In this document: positions 61,399-64,000 of the stretch, one piece after another | How the letters are laid out: each line of letters begins with the position of its first letter | Numbering within the stretch: the first letter of the stretch is position 1 | Assembly: GCA_964016885.1 (NCBI GenBank) | Contig: OZ024741.1 | Location: 338,520,001 to 338,584,000 of the forward strand | From: Eledone cirrhosa | Lineage: Eukaryota | Length of the DNA stretch: 64,000 bases | Direction: 5' to 3' | The notes under the pieces: generated by a model | Seen by the model: only the letters and a program-made list of their open reading frames with translations | Told to the model about the DNA's origin: nothing | Databases searched by the model: none | Position numbers and translations under genes: made by a program

Positions 61399-62939
61399 GA
61401 TTATGAATAAACAAAGTGAATTATAACCTGTTGACTTGTACTACATGCTTATATATATATATATATTAATAATAATAAATTTCCCATGTTTCCACACTGG
61501 CATGGGTTAGACAAGTTAATTTGTGAGTAATGCCAGATCAGGTGACCATGTCTTGCTCACAGAGAATCGATTTGGGGTTGGTTTCTACAGCTGGATGCCC
61601 TTCCTATCACCAACCTCGTTTACAGTGAATACTGGATGCTTTTAGCTGTGTCACCACCATGACTACTTTACAGTGTGGGCTGGAGGCTTCACTGGATGTA
61701 TACTATCGCTTGTCCTCGTGGGAATGGGTGTGGTGGGGTGGTGAATAGTATATATATATATATATATATATATATGCTTCAGTCTCAGCCTGTGCCCATG
61801 GGAAGTCTGGTCTTCTGTAATATTGTGTAATGCCAGAGATCTTGGTCCTGTGTCATCACCTTTGAGAAGTGCAAAATACATGTATATATACATGCATATA
61901 CATATACATGATGATATGCTACTATTCTCTGCTTGTATTAGTTGAATAGGTCTTTTGCAGCACAGCATCTCTCTATTCATCATGTTATTTTAACATCTAC
62001 TCTGTGAGCCTGTGATTTGAGATCAGCTGTTACCATCTCCACCCAGATGTTACTCCACTGTAGCTTCCTTGGCATTTCATCCAGCAATCTTTATTCATGC
62101 ACACTACATCTGATCATTTCTACAATGTATTGATGACTTAACCTTTGGTAAACTTGAGTTCTTGGTCAATGTTAGACTCTCAGAGTCCCATGACAAGGCT
62201 GCATTGCCCAAAAGATTAGTGGAGGAGAGGCTAAATCTTTGTAAATGCTCATCTCTATTCCCTTTTTTTTCTTTCTTCCAACTCTGCTTGCTCACCTCTA
62301 GTGGGTGACATCCTCTCATTTCCAACATGGTATAGCCTCAACAGGGATGTGGATGAAGCCCTACTACAGTTGGGGGAGCTAGGTTTGTCAGTTCCTATTA
62401 CAGAGCCATTATAGACTGGCATAGAGAATGTGGGACAATTTATGTTCAACAGTCTCTTAACTCTCTCTTTGACCAATCTGATCAATTCTCAAGGTGCTAT
62501 CTACTTGCTGTGACTGCAAAATTTTCAGAGGATTAGTTGATGAACTGCACATGGCCAACATTGTTGGCTTACTCAGTCTGGATGAGCTCTGCATCTACGA
62601 GTCAATGTCTGTTGGGGATTTAAATGCCATTACAGCAAACCCCTTAACTTAACAAGTCTCCATGGGGTGTCTTAATGCCTGAATGCTGATAGCTTTACTC
62701 ACTATACCAAGCTGAACCTAGAGAAAAACACTAAAATCACAAAATAATAAATGATAATTAAATAGATATGAAAAAGGTAAAAACAAAATTAAGTAATGAG
62801 AAAAAGAAAGGAAAGGGGTAAAGAAGGATAGATCTGGTTGTATGGGAAACTAGAAGAAAGGACTATAAATGTCATAAATGAGAGGAAAGGGAGGGAAAAA
62901 GCAAGGACTCAAGGGCCATAGAAGAAAGGGAGGGAAAAG

Positions 62940-63260
62940 GGCTCTGAGTCTAGGGATGGGTAGTGTTTGGGCTGCGCCCTGCAGACAAAACTGCAAAGGC
63001 ATTTCCACAGACAATGGTCAGCAACATCTGCTGCAACAGCCACCCCCACCTCAAACAGGCTGCTGACGTACCAATTTTGCGGAGGAGCTCGGCAGTACGG
63101 TGTCCAAAGACACCTGAGGTCTCAATGGCGACCGGTGCAAAGAGGAAGAGGCTGGACAAGCCCCGGTATTTGTTTTTCTTCCTGTCCTCTGCATTGCAAG
63201 CTGCAGTACTGGGGTTTGTAGCCAAAACATCTAAGTTGGAGGCAAAGAACATGTTGCCTC
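62940..63260 (-). mobile_element. C-terminal RLE fragment of a CRE-like non-LTR element
   Basis: AEDRKKNKY...FAPVAIETSGVFG...L.IVCGNA. Confidence 0.65.
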
Positions 63261-63634
63261 CCATATGAGGGATTTACCTCCTTCGAATGGGAAGAGGGTA
63301 ATAAAATTTCTGTTTTCATAAATAATAATGATTTCTGATTTAGACACATGGCCAGCAATTTTGCGGGGAGGCGAAAGTCGATTAAATCGACCCCAATGTG
63401 TTACTGGTACTTTATTTTATCGACCCTGTAAGGATGAAAGGCATAGCTAACTCAGAACATAGAACTCAGAACGTAAAAGGATGTAACTCAACATTGCAAA
63501 GCCTGTCCGACGCCAATCCACCGCCCTAGAATAAGAAATAATAATGATAATTGCTAACTTAATTTAAAAAAAAAAAGAAATGTAGAAAAAATCTTTATAA
63601 ATATATCCGAAACAACATTTCCCACATCCTGGAT

Positions 63635-63910
63635 GCTGCGGTTAGGACGAGAGCCACAGCTTCCTCAGCCGAGCGGAGTAAGACCCTCAAATCCTCTGAT
63701 CTGTCGGCCAGCTACATTTTTCAGCCAGTGGCTTTCGAGGCGTTTGGGGGAGTACGGCCGCTGACTGCAAGGTTCCTCTCTTCGCTGGCGGCTCGCCTAA
63801 TAGAAGTAACTGGCGAATCTCGCGAGGGCGCTTGGCTATTCCAGCGCATCAGCCTCGCCATCACCCGAGGCAACGTTGCGAGTGTGCTGGCTTGCCTCAA
63901 AAATCATTAG
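63635..63910 (+). mobile_element. C-terminal RLE fragment of a CRE-like non-LTR element (second family)
   Basis: AERSK..K...YIFQPVAFEAFGG...WLFQRISLAITRGN. Confidence 0.7.
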
Positions 63911-64000
63911 AGAGGTTGCCCAGTACTCCTCGTGATGTTGCTGTCTTTTGCTCTGGTGTTGGCTCGGTTGTTCACCTCTTCCTTTACATTTTCTTTAGTG

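Overview
AT-rich, microsatellite-laden animal genomic DNA. The repeat repertoire (CORE- and Nin/Deu-type SINEs, RTE LINEs with (TGA)n tails) and a single-coding-exon C2H2 gene suggest a cephalopod such as Octopus; this is an inference. Two probable host ORFs are present: a C2H2 zinc-finger factor (29544-30965) and an intronless CARD-like plus Death-domain adaptor (33928-34593) lying 66 bp downstream of a solo LTR. The rest is mostly mobile DNA: at least three RTE subfamilies including one full-length 1063-aa ORF, a CR1, Penelope GIY-YIG remnants, Merlin, Helitron, mariner and hAT MITEs, and a young non-autonomous LTR element with a long tRNA-Trp primer-binding site. The main unannotated signal is a dense set of about 10 type-I hammerhead-ribozyme-like motifs from several unrelated non-coding families, most with a 6-nt palindromic stem III. 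Some lie in ~314-317-nt tandem or circularly permuted units (retrozyme-like, suggesting a circular RNA template) and others in long inverted repeats next to (TA)n tracts. All calls were made by eye; coordinates of degenerate repeats are approximate.
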